This document shows positions 30,201 to 44,700 of a stretch of DNA of 64,000 nucleotides, piece by piece. Every line of letters begins with the position of its first letter. The first letter of the stretch is position 1. A program made the position numbers and the translations under genes. This DNA is from Lama glama (Eukaryota). The notes beneath the pieces are model-generated. The model saw only the letters and a list, made by a program, of their open reading frames with translations, did not search any database and was not told the origin of the DNA. Location: NCBI GenBank assembly GCA_028534125.1, contig CM052817.1, positions 43,278,001 to 43,342,000 on the forward strand, written 5' to 3'.

Positions 30201-33200
30201 GATACAGAATGAGATACAATTGTAGACCCTCTCAATTGGAAAAACTGAATAGGACGATCACAGTAAGTACTGATGAGAACAGAGAGCAAGAAGTCTCATA
30301 TGCTGGTAGGGATGCTAATTCATATATTCATTTGAGAGAGCAGTTTTGGCAAGACTTCTGGTTAACTTGGAGCTGAACATCCCCTTCAACCCAGAGAGTC
30401 CAACCATTACATTCTAGAGAGATGTTGGCAAATGCGTACTAGGCTTAAGCACGACTATTCAATGCAGTGTTTTTATATTGTAATAGAAAAGAATTGTAGG
30501 CAATTTAAATGTTCCATCAATATTCCCATCTTATGACGCAATAATTCAACAGACTACTCTGCAGTTAAAATGAATGAACTAAAGCTAAACATATCAACAA
30601 GCACATATCTCCAAAACATAATGTTAAGGGATAAAAAATATGCTGCAGAAGAATATGTACAGTATGATTCCAATTTATACTGTATGAGACCCTGCAAAAC
30701 AAAATGTGCACACATACGGAGTTCTGAGCTACAAGTTTCACGGGAACAAATTCTAATTTAGAAAGGCGTTTATCTCCAGGGAACAGGGTGGGAATGAGAT
30801 CCCGGCAGAGTCAGCAGGGACTGTGTCTGTAACGACTTATGATGATGATGGTGATCATTGTTGGCAGTAGTAATGGTGATGGTGGTGTTTAATACTAAGT
30901 AAACATGGCAAATATTAAGATGAAATAAAACTGACTTCATGATACTTTTCTTCATTATTTCACAATTTAAAAAAGTGCTTCCAATTTCTCTCACTGAGTA
31001 AAGCGACTTGGGCAAACTGAACCTATGCATTTTTAGACAACGTTCCGGATTTGCTTCAACATTAAGAAAGGAATTGTAAAGCATTACTTACCGATTCCTC
31101 TGATTGCCTTACGAATAGCTTCAGCATCCACCGACGGGCTAAAACCTGGATAATCTTTCACTGTCCCTCGGTGTCCAACCTAGAAAAAAATATCTGACAG
31201 TCTCACTGGTTCAAAACGACATCTTTATTTATATTACATATGCATAATCCCCTATGCCCACTGGAAACCCATAACAAACCCATAATTTGCACACCTTCTT
31301 ATCACTTCAGGAGCAGTTCAAGAGAGTCTCTCTGCCCTGGACATGCAGGCAATGCAACAACTACCACATATACAATAGGCCTCTTTCTTTTTCCCTCTTG
31401 TATAGCAATTTGGAAACATAAAACATTCATTCTCTAGAGCAATGACTTGTGTTCATCCTGGTGATTGAAGAATACTAGCTTTAAAGGGGCATCTGCATGA
31501 AAGCCATGAGAAAGTGGGAATTTCCTACCTCTGAAAGCAGCTCTTTTGCCCCTTTCCTACTTGCTCACTTATGCCCCCCTCTAATCTTAAAAGAACCTAA
31601 TTATAGGAATGAGATCACTAAGCAACTGAAACGAACTTGCCTACTTTGTTGATTCTTTTCCTAGATAAAAAGAAGAATGAAGTTAGTTAAGCAGCTACAG
31701 AATGATTAACTCTCTACCTGCAACAGCCAAAACTCACAGCTGAACAGAATCTTTGGAGCTGGTCTCTGGACATGAGTCCACCTTCTCCCCAGATTGTTGG
31801 CTTTTCTGATTAAAGCACCTTTCCTTTCTATTGACAGCTGCCTCTTGATTACTGGCTTTTGAGTGGCGAGCAGCTGAACCTGAGTTTGGTTAACACATCC
31901 TCTTTTCTTAAAGTGATGATTCAAAACTCTTTACTGCATCTCTCACAGAAGTAATTGTGGCTTGCAGACTTCAAGATGTTTTCATTAATGCTGACCGCTG
32001 TCCTTGGGGAATCCTACACCAGAGGACCCATAATGAAAACCTATTAGGACTGTCTGTTCTTGAGCTCTGTTTAATGGATGAACAATTGTGGCTGATAAAT
32101 TCCCTTTTGAAAGCTTCACTGAACAGGTCTTCAGGAATAGCATGGAATTAAAAAATGCCACAATACTAATTTTAAGCACATAAATTAGAAACATGGCAGT
32201 AAGTTGGGAAGAATCATCCTACAGACAGAATAAAATATCTTAAAACTGCTTAAGAGAAATTGAGAAAAACTCAAGTACACATGTACTTACATGGTATTTC
32301 CTAACTCTGAATAAAAATCTGTCTCTACAGTAACAATGTTTTCTTTCTAAACTGACTTCCCTATCCTATTACTAAATACTATTGGCTCTGTTGTCTCGCA
32401 TTAAGATGGCTTCATTTGGGCTTTCCTACAGTGTTTAATATTTTTATGAAAAGACATTATCTTGTCACATTAAAGAGAATGGGAAATTAATGTTCTGGCA
32501 CAGTTAAAAATGATCGTCGGCTGATTCAACAGATTAGATTGAACAACTTGTTTCAATACAATCCAACATCATTTCATCTTACAGAGTCCAAAAGAAAAGA
32601 GTTTTGATTCTAAAAAAATTAACTACAACAAGTTAGAAACTAGTTGTGAATGTGTCTGATCTAAACCACCTGTAAGAAATCAGTCCCTTCAACATAATCT
32701 TTGGCCACTTCTCTTTCTTCAAAGCTTAGTAAATATTTTATGGATTCACACAGCCAACTGGCTTCATTTCCGTTTTATGCATCTAATGAACTGTCATGTT
32801 TATTTCATCTGTTCACCTTCGTTGTCTGGCATGTGAGAAGCAGCTTCCCAGAACTAGAGCATGTGAGTGCCTCCTGACACATTATGCATGTTAACTGAAG
32901 CCTGCATAACAGCCTTGCTGAAGGAGTTACAGTGACCCATTTCACATGTGAGACACCAAGATTTAGGAAGATTGGAGAATCCGCTCAAGTCCACATAGCT
33001 AGTTAAGCAGCGACATCTGAGTGTGTCTGAATGTGAAAGCAGTCATGACCATCCTGCTCATTCCTCCTCTTTCTTGAAATGTAGTCTCGTCACCACCTGG
33101 GGTGATTCTTTTGTAAAGTAAAATTCACATTTTATGGCAAGACAAGAAAAATTAAAACCTAAAAGAGAAGTTTCTCTGCCCTTTGGGCTCCTCTTTCCCC

Positions 33201-36200
33201 ACTACTGTGCTTTGTGCATCCGCACAATGTATTGACCAAACCTCTCCATTGGCAGAAACATCTGCTCAGCCATAAACAGCAACATGCTCCTGGCATCAAC
33301 AAGACAACTCCTTAAAAGATAACATTCCTCCTGGATCTTGTAAGGGGTCACGAGGACCCACCACTTTGTACGTGCAGATCTGGATCATGAAAACGGTCAG
33401 TAACATGCCATTTAATGTCCAGCCCTCTGTCTCAAAAAACTTACATTAACTGTGCTGTGACTTCTAACAGGTGGAGTAGTTCTCAGAGCTTTCTGAGAGG
33501 CTGTTCCCAGGTTATAATCCTCCATTCGCCTTGAATAAATTTTTCCATTTTTTTCTTAGATCAATGGATTAATTTTTCATTGACACTTTAAAATGTGCAT
33601 GACCAGGCCCTGCCCTAGACATGTGGCATCACAGTCTTTAGAAATGAGATGTTAGACTCAACACGTTTAGGAGGCTTCCCAGGTGCCTCTGGGCCAGGCA
33701 AACATGTACATGGTTGCTTTTGAACCCAAAAAAGGCAAAACTGCAGTCAGATTCTAATTGTTCAGGAATTATGAAACCTCAGGGTTTCCATTCCAGCTGC
33801 GACCTTTTCACTGCCCTCTGCTGCCTACATGTCAAAATATGCTGATGTTCCAATTCCAATGCACAAAACCAGAAGGGTGAAATTCCCAGTCCCTTATGCA
33901 TTTTGTTACCTAATAAGAATTAAATGGGGAGAAACTATTCATTTAATTAAAAGGAATAAGCTACATACACACACACACACACAGACACACACCAGCTTGA
34001 AAAATGGCACAGGAATTATGAAGTGGAATCTTAGCGAAATCTTTTGAACTGCTTCAGTCATTCAAATAAGCAGTATTATTCATTTGATGGACGTGGTTGC
34101 CCCAAACATTCAGAAATAAATGCATGACTCACACACAAATACCTTACAGGGAAGGAAATGAATAGACTCTTTTAAACTAACACATGCCAGGCAGTGAACA
34201 AGGTGCTTCACACACATCTTCTTAAACTCTTACAATGACCTCAATGAGGGGGATTTTATTATTTCCATTTAAAAATGGAAGAAACTGGATCTCAGAGAGA
34301 TTATTTGTTTAACATAACTCTGCTGCTAAGAACAGCCTCAGCATCTGAACCCACTTCCTTGGGACTAAGATGCCCGGGCTCTCCGCCCGTGAGGCCTCAG
34401 GGCACTCCACGTTAGCGGTTCTCAAAGTGAGGTTCCTGGACCAGCAGCATTGGCATCACCAGGAACTTAATAGAAATGCAGGTTCTCGGGCCCCACCCAA
34501 GTCTGGAATCAACAACTCAGGGCTAAGATGCAGGATCTGCGTTGCACAAGCCCTCTAGAAGATTCTAATGCACTAACATGTTTGAGAATCACTGCACTAT
34601 TTCCTTCTTAGCTGCCCAGAAAACCAAAACAAAAATGAGCAAATAAGTCACAGATTCTTTTACGGGGGTGGAGAGGAATAATGTGACAATGAGCTCATTG
34701 TTTCAGGAATGTTGGCATTTTTACAGCCAAACAAAACTGCTTGCAGCGCCTGCTTCACTGCAGGCTTAATTCTTTGACAATTAGATTGCGAATCAGTACT
34801 TGACTTCATTGATTTCCACGAACCCTGCTACCCTAACAGAGGGTCAAGGCTAGTATAAGACATCACGTGAATACTCAACAAAGTCTTTTTTTTTTTAATC
34901 ATGTTTGATCAGATTTCCATCCACATCCCTTAAACACCTTGTGTTACTTTTCTTTTCTCACAGACCTTCAGATGCCCCGAAAGGGAACATGATCCTGAAA
35001 CCAGTTGGAAAAAAAGTTTACAGCAAGGACTGTCTAAATAAAAAAGGGGGGGAGAAACAGGAGCTCTTCACATTAATAACAGTTGCTGCTCCTCACCATG
35101 TGCTAATATGTTTCCTGCGCTAGCTTGTTCAGCCCTCACAGCAAACTGACAAGGCAGAGTAGATCCCACTCGCAGGTGACGATGAAGCTGGTGCCCAAGG
35201 CCACACGGCCAGCACATGGTCAGCCTCATCAGTCTTTGCTCTGAATCACTAGGCTGGGTTGAGTCTTCTTCATCCCTATTTCATTTTCCCTGACCCTCTA
35301 AAGCTATCCTTTGGGTGTCAGTCATAGCACGTGATACCTCGAAGCCACTGAGGGAGCCACGCTGGGGCTGGAGAGTTGTCTGCTACCATCCCTCACAGAG
35401 GCTACTCTGTCCCGGACTCAGGAAATATCTACTTCTTCCCGAAAGTGCACTGGGTTTCCAGGAAGTTCAACATTCATACTCAGAAGGATGGTGAAAGAGA
35501 AAAAACACAAGATGCCAATCCTGTTTCCCATAATAACTACACATGCTCCAGCACTTTAAATGGCACCAACCACCACCAGAAACCCGGAGGTCCCCTTTAA
35601 TTTTTTCTCTTTCCCTTCAAACGCAATCATCTGCAAGACCTGTTGAGATTCTCTCAGAAAAAGAATCTCCTGTGTACTTCTACCCACTGTCTTTGGCACT
35701 GCTGTCATCCAAGTCACCATCATCACTCCTCTGGACGGGGACACCTGCCCGGGTCTCCCTCCTGGCTTCCTATTATGCCCACCTCTAGACATTTCCCACA
35801 CAGCAGCCAGGGATCTGTGAGAGATCGAAGTCTGGGCATGGCACTTCCCTCTGGAACACCCTCCTCTGACCTCCTACTGGATAGCAAATAAAGTCCAAGT
35901 TCCCTGCGCTGTCCGCACAGCCTGCGGGGTCTGGCCCAACCTCCCTCATCACCACCTGGGGTCGACTCTCCCCTTTGCCCATATCCCACGCCAATTCTCT
36001 GGAAGTCCAGCTGGTCCACGCCAATCTCTTTCTCATCTTCATGTCTTTGTTCATGCTGTTCCCTTTATTTGGAATGTTTTTCTGTCTTCAGTTTTTGATT
36101 AAAGACCATCTCCTCTGACAGGTCTGCCCGGGGCATCTGACCTGGGTGGATCCTCTCCTGTTATTCTCTGCCTCGGCATCCTCTCCCTCTTAGGGTGCTC

Positions 36201-39200
36201 AGCATTCAGTAATACCTCGCACTGTTTATCTGTCTCCTCTTCCTTGAAATTAAAGTTCCATTGGGCAGGGACCTTTCATTTTATTCACACTATATCCAAC
36301 TCTTATTAGCCCAGTGCTTAGCCTGCAGATAAGGGCTTAATAAATATCTGTGAGTGAGTTTGCTGGAAGTAGGTGGAAGCAAGACAATGACACCCCAAAG
36401 TGTGGAATTTCTTCAAGGTCGACACTGGATAGTTGCCTGCCTGATGAAGTTGCTTCCTTCAAATATTGATGGTCTAGACGTCAAAGTGACCATGGTATTC
36501 CAGGAGGTTTGGAAGATGTCAGGACTACATAAGTGACCTCCTTCAGCACCACAGGCCAGTCCAGGTCTTTCAAAGCTGGTTCCACAGCCCAGAGGGATGC
36601 CTGGTGCACCGGGGATGCTTCCAGTGACTCTACCGCATCCTCCTCCCTGGCTTGTCAAGCACTCAGCGATTCTCTGTCAAAGGTAGGGAACCCAGCCATC
36701 TGGAATGAACTTGAAACACTGAGCCCCTGGAAAGACTTCATCAACACAAACTTCCTTCTTAGAATAATTTTCAATATTTGTTTGCAGGAGATTATAAATA
36801 AGTTATATTCATCTTTTGAATCATCTAGCACGAGTGTCTGAGGATTATCTTTTTGTACCACAATCAAAATCAGGAGCTTAACTTAACTGACACGTCATCA
36901 CCAAACTCTCCTCTTGGCCAAGGGCCACAGAGAATGAAAGACTGCTGTGATTATTCTGGCCATGTCCTCAGCTCTGTGCATAGCTAACTCCATCTTGTGG
37001 GGACCTTCCATTTAAGGGACCTTCACTCTAAGTGTGGAAGACAGATAGAACTGGGCTCACTGAAGTGAGGAATCTGGCATCATCACCTACATCTTCTTAA
37101 AGGAGTCCTTGGCTGGAGAATGGCAGCTTTGGATTTGGGGAGTACAGTGGTGACACCCACTCTCCTCCCACTTCACTTCTATGGGAATGGGAATCTACCT
37201 GGGTGGGACTAAGACCAGGGACATTTACTGTTTGTAACATTCTGGAAAGAACATTTATTGCATCCATGGCCAAGGCCATTAATACCCACCTGACATGATG
37301 TTAAAATGCATGATCTTATGGGCTCTGTATGAGTGTGTTTGGGAAGTGACAATCCTCATGAGTTGCTACAGATTTAAGAATGCTTCCTAACGCAACACAA
37401 ACTTAGACAATGGAAACTTCTTCAACAGTTCATGCAAAGGCTACTGGGGCTATTGAGATTCTCAGTGGTGCTGGGAGGATCCTGCAGTAACAAAAAAAAA
37501 AAAAAAGAGAGAACTGCACTGCCTTCCCAAATCTCCTCACCCCGTCCTATCACTTCGTGGGAGTTTTCTTACTGTTCTTCCGGTCAGAGCTGTACACCTG
37601 CTGTTCCTTCTGCCTGGATATCCTCCCTGCTCACTCCCTCACTCCACGTTGACTTCTGCTCACATGTCTCAGCAGAAAATAACACACCTCATCACTTTCA
37701 TGCTCCATCTCTGCTTTTCTCTAGAGCACTCAAAACTGACTTTATAGATTATACATCTATTTCTTTGTTTATTAGCTGCCTTCCCTAATAAAATCAGAGT
37801 CATGTAAGCTCCAGAATTTTATTTTTCTTTGTCTACTGTACCCTCAGAATCTAAAAGAGCATCTGGCAGATGCTTAGTAAATACCTGCTGGATGAACGAG
37901 TGAATACGAAATGCTTTCTTGTTCTAGGTCTTGCTTACGTTGCTAATTCTCAAATGCCACCACCAGACTTTCAGAGCTCTATGCCATATCTCAAAAATTT
38001 GACAAATGCATTCTTCACCTTTTGTAAATCCTGTTCTCATGAGGCTGTCTCTACTCTTATTTACGCATGCCTCCAGAACCTAGGCGAGGTATTTATCAAA
38101 CACAAACAGTTGAAAATGAAAGGAACAAAAGTATGACAATGGAGGAAGGGGCAAACTTGAGAATCTTCTGCCCTTTTGACTTACTCTCTTAATTCATGTG
38201 AGACCTCTGTATTAATCTTATTGCTCAGTACTCTAAAATACTTAGCTTTTCTAACAGCTTAACATCCATCCCAAAAATAGACTTTTAAGAGAATCAAGTT
38301 AAACCTTCTCCCCTTCACCTTCTTTGTTCTCAACCTAAAACTTTTTCTTTGCTTCTTTGCCTTTAGTTTACCAGGCTTCTTCAATGGCTACAGATTAGAT
38401 TGGAAAATTACACTTTTAATTATCATTAAACATAAAAGAGGGATCTTTACTCCTGGGTGGTTCGACTTGGGTCAGGAAGCAGCAGAGAACAGCCCCTTAA
38501 TGTTCATCCCATTCATTCCTCTCTCTTCTCCTCAGATTATACGGTATTTCTTTCCAGGCTTTGTCTTAAAACAAGTCTCTAATGTTTTGATTTGAAATCC
38601 AGGTCTAACCTGTTTTTCATTAACTTCCTGCAGAGGACCAATTGTGTAAGTGTCTGAGTGCCAATATTTACCTAGAGAAGCTTCAGGAAACATGGTTTGA
38701 AACATACATCAGACAAGAAGTTGCAATCATGTAGAAAGCACCTAATCAAGCCCGATGACTGTACGTAGTGCTTGGGATATGAAAAGTCTATTTCCGTGAA
38801 AACCGTTAGAAAGCTGATCATCTAGCCCTGAGATGCGGCAGAAGGCAGGGAGATCAGAGAAGAAACTCAGCACATCCACGTGCCGGGAACACAGGCGTTC
38901 TCGCCACACATTGTTTAAGTTTGCATGGTTGGGAACAGCAAACACACCAGGAGAGAAAGATCTATTTGTATGACCCCACCAAAGCAAGAAATATGAAAGT
39001 GGATGGGGCTCTTGCAAATTCCCCATACCCAGGACCAAAAACATCCCAATGCCCAGGGCTGACGTCATCCATAGGGCAGAACTGGAAAGGTACTACCTTC
39101 CCAAGTTCCTTCTCACGTTAGCACCCACACCTTTCCTGGGAGCCCTGCCACTGGTGTCCTTCCTTTGGGTTATGCTGCAGAAATGGGAACATCGTATTCT

Positions 39201-39553
39201 CATGCATCAAACTGTACCAAGCTCGTTCCCAGGAAAGAGAGGATGAGTGGGGTGGAAACAGGAAGCTATGCTCTCTAATTCTCACCAAGGACGCATTATC
39301 ATGGATTAGCTTCTCCTATCAGTGAGTTTCCACCTTAAATAAACCTCCCCCAACCTTTCCACCAACAAGCATCCCTTTTTGTATGTCTTCTCCATGGGCC
39401 CCATGTTTTGAGTGATTCTGCCTGCCAATCTGAGTCTATTACAAAACATTAACTCATTTTCTCCAGTCTTACTTATGATTAAAGAGGTAACTTCCAACCA
39501 GAGCTTCTGACCAGCATAAGATAACCAGTGTCATTGTGTTGGTATCATTTTAG

Positions 39554-39584
<31 letters not shown>

Positions 39585-41676
39585 ACCAGGAATGTGATGT
39601 TTTGGAAACTCTACGCAGGCTTGATATGACTTATATACTTGAATACGCATGGTATAAGGAAGATATAGCTGGTCTTTGCCCTGGGTTCCAACCACAGAGC
39701 TTCAGTAATCACTAAAATGTCCTGAGTGATAGGAATGTCTTTATTGTGCTAATGAGGGGACTCTTGGTGGCCCTGAGGGAGCTACAGGATCAGACTGGCC
39801 ACTAAAAAGACCAGTCACATGATTAGAGGGCTGGCACTCTGGGAGGGGAAGGGGACTGGAGACCAAGTTCTACTGTGACTATGTAGTAAAACTCCAGTAA
39901 AAGCTCTGGACACCGAGGCTCAGAGGAACTCCCTGGCTGGTGAATACTCATAGTGAGAGACTGAATACCTTGTTCAAGGTCATGCTCAAGAGTCTGCCTT
40001 TTCACCAATCAGAGAGTTCTGAGAAGGAGAACTGCACTGTGGCTGAATGGTCTGCATTCCGCTCCCAGGAGAGCCCGCTGCACTAGGTACTTGCTGCTTT
40101 AATTGTGGGCAAAAACTACCGTTTGACTGAACTCCTTCAAGGCAAAGTTCGTAGGCATCATCCTTATGGGAAGTTATATTTTTATAAAATTTCTTTTACC
40201 CCTTGGTTCCAGAAAAACTCTGCATTCTCCTTCCTCATTTTGCAAATTAAAGTTTGGAGTGGGGAAGGGAGGGTGTACAGTAGGTTAGGAAGTTATCATG
40301 GTTCATGATGATTATAATGGCAATGAGCTAATTTAGAAACATCATACTAGCATAATAAAAATACTAATTTGAGAGTTCAAACAAGTAGTAATTGCATTCA
40401 TTATAATTCTGTAAAAGTTAGGCATTGACCCAAGAGAAAAGAGCTCGGAGTAGGAGAAACCAGCACTGTAGAAGGCACGCGTGGGAAAAAACCTGCTATG
40501 GTATCTTCAGAAGAATGTCCCAACACATTCTAAGCTGTGGAATGCCTGAGTGCTTGCTATAGATGTAACGGCAACATGTGACAAGAGACCTTGAGCCCAA
40601 AGAGCACAGACTGTTAAGATACCAGGCCCCCTCATCGGGGCGAAGTGGTCCACGCCCTCCCTGAGCAGAGACACGCGGGCTTCCCTGCTGTCTAAAGGCA
40701 GAGCGTTCCCATGAAACCTTTCGGAAACTGAAACGGCGTAAAGCCAAGAGTACCCTGATTTTCCAAAGTTCACGTTACATCACTTCAATTTTAAGAAAGA
40801 CCTACAATTAAATATGGTAACAGCACAAAAGCAGAAATCCACTTTGGATTTCTTTCGGTGAGGGAGGCAGGTACAGGCGTACCTCGTCTTTGTGGCACTT
40901 TGCTGTATTGCTCTTCGCAGATACTACATTTTTTACAAATTGAGGTTTGTGACAACCCTGAATCAAGCAAGACCATCAGTGCGACTTTTCCAACACCATT
41001 TTGTTCACTTCGTGTCTCTGTGTCATGTTTTGGTAATTCTAGCAATATTTAAACTTTTTCATTATTCCTATATTTGTTATGGTGATTTGTGGTCAGTGAT
41101 CTTTGATGTCACTCTTGCAAAAAGACTACAACTCCCTGAAGGCTCAGATGATAGTTAGCATTTTCTAGCAATAAAGTATTTTAAAATTAAGGTACATACA
41201 TTGCTTTTTTAGACAATGCTATTGTACACAACAGACTACATAGTGTAGACATAACTTTTTATTGCTGTTGATTTGCCATGTTGTGTTGGTTTCTGGTGTA
41301 CAGCAAAGTGGTTAAGTTACACATATATTATATATTCTTTTTCAGATTATTTTCCATTATAGGTTATTACAAAGTATTGAATATAACTTTTTATTGGCTA
41401 CCTTCCCCACATTGAGGCTTATTTTATAGCTAATAATTTGTATTTCTTATGCCCCTATCCCTCACTTGTAATTACTAGCTTGTTCTCTATATCTGTGAGT
41501 CTGCTTCTTTTTTGTTATATTCACCAGTTTGTTGTATTTTTCATACTCCACATATACATGATATCATACATTATTTGTCTTTGACTTACTGCACTTGGCA
41601 TAATGCCCTCTAGGTCCATCCATGTTGTTGCAAATGGCCAAATTTTATTCTTTTTATGGCTGAGTAATATTCCAGG

Positions 41677-41712
<36 letters not shown>

Positions 41713-44700
41713 CACATCCTCTTTATCCAGTCATCTGTTGATGGATGCTTAGGTTGTTTCCTTGGCAATTGTAAATCATACTGCTATGAACACTGGGGTA
41801 CATGTATCTTTTCAAATTAGTGTTTTTGGGTTTTTTTAGGATATATACCTAGGAGTAGAATTGCTTGGTCATATGGTAGTTCTATTTTTAGTTTTTAGAG
41901 AAAATTCCATATTGTTTTCCATAGTGGCCACACCAATTTACATTTCCACCAACAGTGTTTGAGGGTTCCCTTTTCTCCACATTCCTGCCAACATTTGCTA
42001 GTTGTGGTCTTTGTGATGACAGCCATTCTAACAGGTGTGAGGTGATATCTCACTGTGGCTTAATTTGCATTTCTCTGATGACTATCAGTGTTGCACATCT
42101 TTTCACGTGCCTGTTGGCTATCTGTATGTCTTTTTTGGAAAAAAGTCTATTCAGGTCTTTTGTCCAGTTTTTAATTTGGTTGCTTGTTCTTTTGATGTAA
42201 AGTTGTATGAGCTGTTATCAGTCATAACAATAGCAAATATTTTCTCCCATTTAGTAAGTTGTCTTTTCATTTTGTCAATGGTTTCCTTTGCTGTGCAAAG
42301 GCTTTTAAGTCTAATTAGGCCTCAATTGTTTATTTCTGCTTTTACTTCCATTGCTTTAGAAGACAGATCCAAAAAAATATTGCTACAATTTATGTCAAAG
42401 ACTGTTCTGGCAATGTTTTCTTCTAGGAGTTCTATGGTTTCCAAAACATAACTTCTCTATGCACTGGGAAACCAAAAAATTTATTGAGATATTGGCTTTA
42501 CTGCAGTGGTCTGGAACCAAACGTGCAATATCTCCAAGGTGTGCCTATACTAATGTAGGTCTTTCCTAAAAACAAAGTGGTGTAATGCAAACTTTTGAAA
42601 AGTGCGGCTACCCATATTCAAAAAATTTAAACAAAGGAAATAGTAATGCAACATCTGAAACAATGAGAGGGTTGCAACACTTCTAGATAGAATATACAGA
42701 CCTAGGAAACCAGCTACTCTTTCATCTTCAACGGTAATGTACTGAAATTCCAACCAAAGTCCTCCCTTTGATCATATCACTCCAATAAACTCACTGCACA
42801 CTGGTAACCACAAATCATCTACAGTTTTGTAGAAAAGCATAGATTTGGTTGCTCACTTGTGTTTGGGTGTGTATGTGCTTTTGTGTGTAAGAGACAGAGA
42901 ACAGATAAAACTTAGTGATAAGAGTGCTTACAGAAATCTGAGGGTTTTTGTAAAATTGTGGTTTAAAAAAAAGTGTAACATAAAATGTACTACTTTGAAC
43001 ATTTTTAAGTGTAAAGTTCAGCAGTAGTGAGAAAATTCATACTGCTGTGAAACAGAGCTCTAGAGCTTAACTTTTTCATGGCACAGAACTACAATTCTAT
43101 ACGCATTAAGCAACAAACCCCTCTTCCCCCTCCCCCGGACCCTGGCAACCACGATTCTATTTCTGTCTCTATGAATTTAGGTATCTCAGATAAATGAGAT
43201 CATATACTATTTTGTCTTTTTATTACTGACTCATTTCACTTAGCATAATGTCCTCAAGGTTCATCTAGGTTGTAGCGTGTATCCAAATTTTTTTTGGAAT
43301 ATTTTGAGGAAGCACCATCCTGTTTTCTAGAGTAGTTCTGAATTGTTTTTAATATTTGCTCTCAGAGATCTCATTCATACATGTTAGTTCTTTAATTTGA
43401 GAGAGGAGGAAAATAAAAAACAAAAAGCAAGGTAGCGGGAGGCCCTCTTTGGCTGGGGCCTCTTTCTTTACTAGACCCCCCCCCCAAATGCCCAGCTTCC
43501 CCTTTCTGGTCTGTCCCCAGCCCTTCTCTCCCACCGCCCAATGTCCAATGCTACCATCCCCTTGTGGTGGGCAGAACCATGGCTCCCAACTACAATGCCC
43601 ACACCATAACCCTTGGACCCCCATGAATGTGTTATGTTATATGACTAAAGGGACTTTGCAGATGTAACTAAAGGTCCCAAACCTTAAAACAAGGACATTG
43701 TCCTGGATGGGTGGGTTCCAACTAATCATGTGAGCATATAACAGTAGCAAACTGTCTCCAGGTGGAGAAAGTAGAGGAAGGTGGAGGAGAGATGCCCCAG
43801 GAGGGTGAGCAGGAGAGGCTGCAAGCTCGACAAGGATTCCAGGCACCATCACTGTTCTGAGATGTTGGGAGCCATGTACAAGGACTGGCAGAGGTCTTGA
43901 GGAGATAAGGACAACCCTGCTGACTGCCAGCAAGGGACCCAGTCTCACAACTGCAAGGAACTCAATTTTGCCAACAACCAAAACAAGCTCAGAGGTGGAT
44001 TCCTCCCAAAGTCTCTAGAAAGGACCACAGCCCTGCCAACTCCTTGATCTTAGTGCCATGAGAAGCACTTGGGCTCTAACACGTAGAACTGTGTGGAGAT
44101 ACTACACGGGTGTTGTCTTCAGCTGCTAGATCTGTGTGAATTGCTCATGGAGGCAGCAGGAAACAAACACACGCTCTCACACTCTCCTGGTTCTCCTGGC
44201 TCTCCAGAAATGTGCCGTGACTTTGAAGGTGTCCCTGGAGAGCCTGACCAACTCACCGGGTGTCGACTTACTAATGGATGAAGGCAAGAAGGAGACTCTT
44301 TTTTTTTTTTTAAACGCCAGCATTTTGAAGTGTTGCATTTTTTTCATCTGACTCTACTAGATATCCAAGACAGTAGTAGGAACTTCAGACCTGGAAAGGG
44401 CGCATCAGCCCACTGGCCAGTGACAAGGAATAATTTGGGACCAAGCAAAGCATCATAGCAGCACATCTCCCACTGTCACCGCGCATGCCAACGGCTGCTC
44501 ACATCTCCATGTGAGTTACTCTTTAAGGCTCTCTGCCCCTTACTTATGAAATATAATATCTTTTCATCAGTATAAAAAAATCAGAGCACAGAAGGTGATG
44601 CATTGAAAATAAAAGTGCTCCTGCTCACAGTTCCCTCTTTCCAGAAAATTTTCATGTAATACCGTCTTTGTGTATATATTTTTCCTTTTCTTTTTTCTTT

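Larger units (their letters stand above)
40874..42547 (+). mobile_element. Internally deleted Tigger1 element, interrupted by an L1
   Basis: TA|CAGGCGTACCTCG start and ...TCTCCAAGGTGTGCCTA|TA end (TIRs plus TA target sites). Confidence 0.85.
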
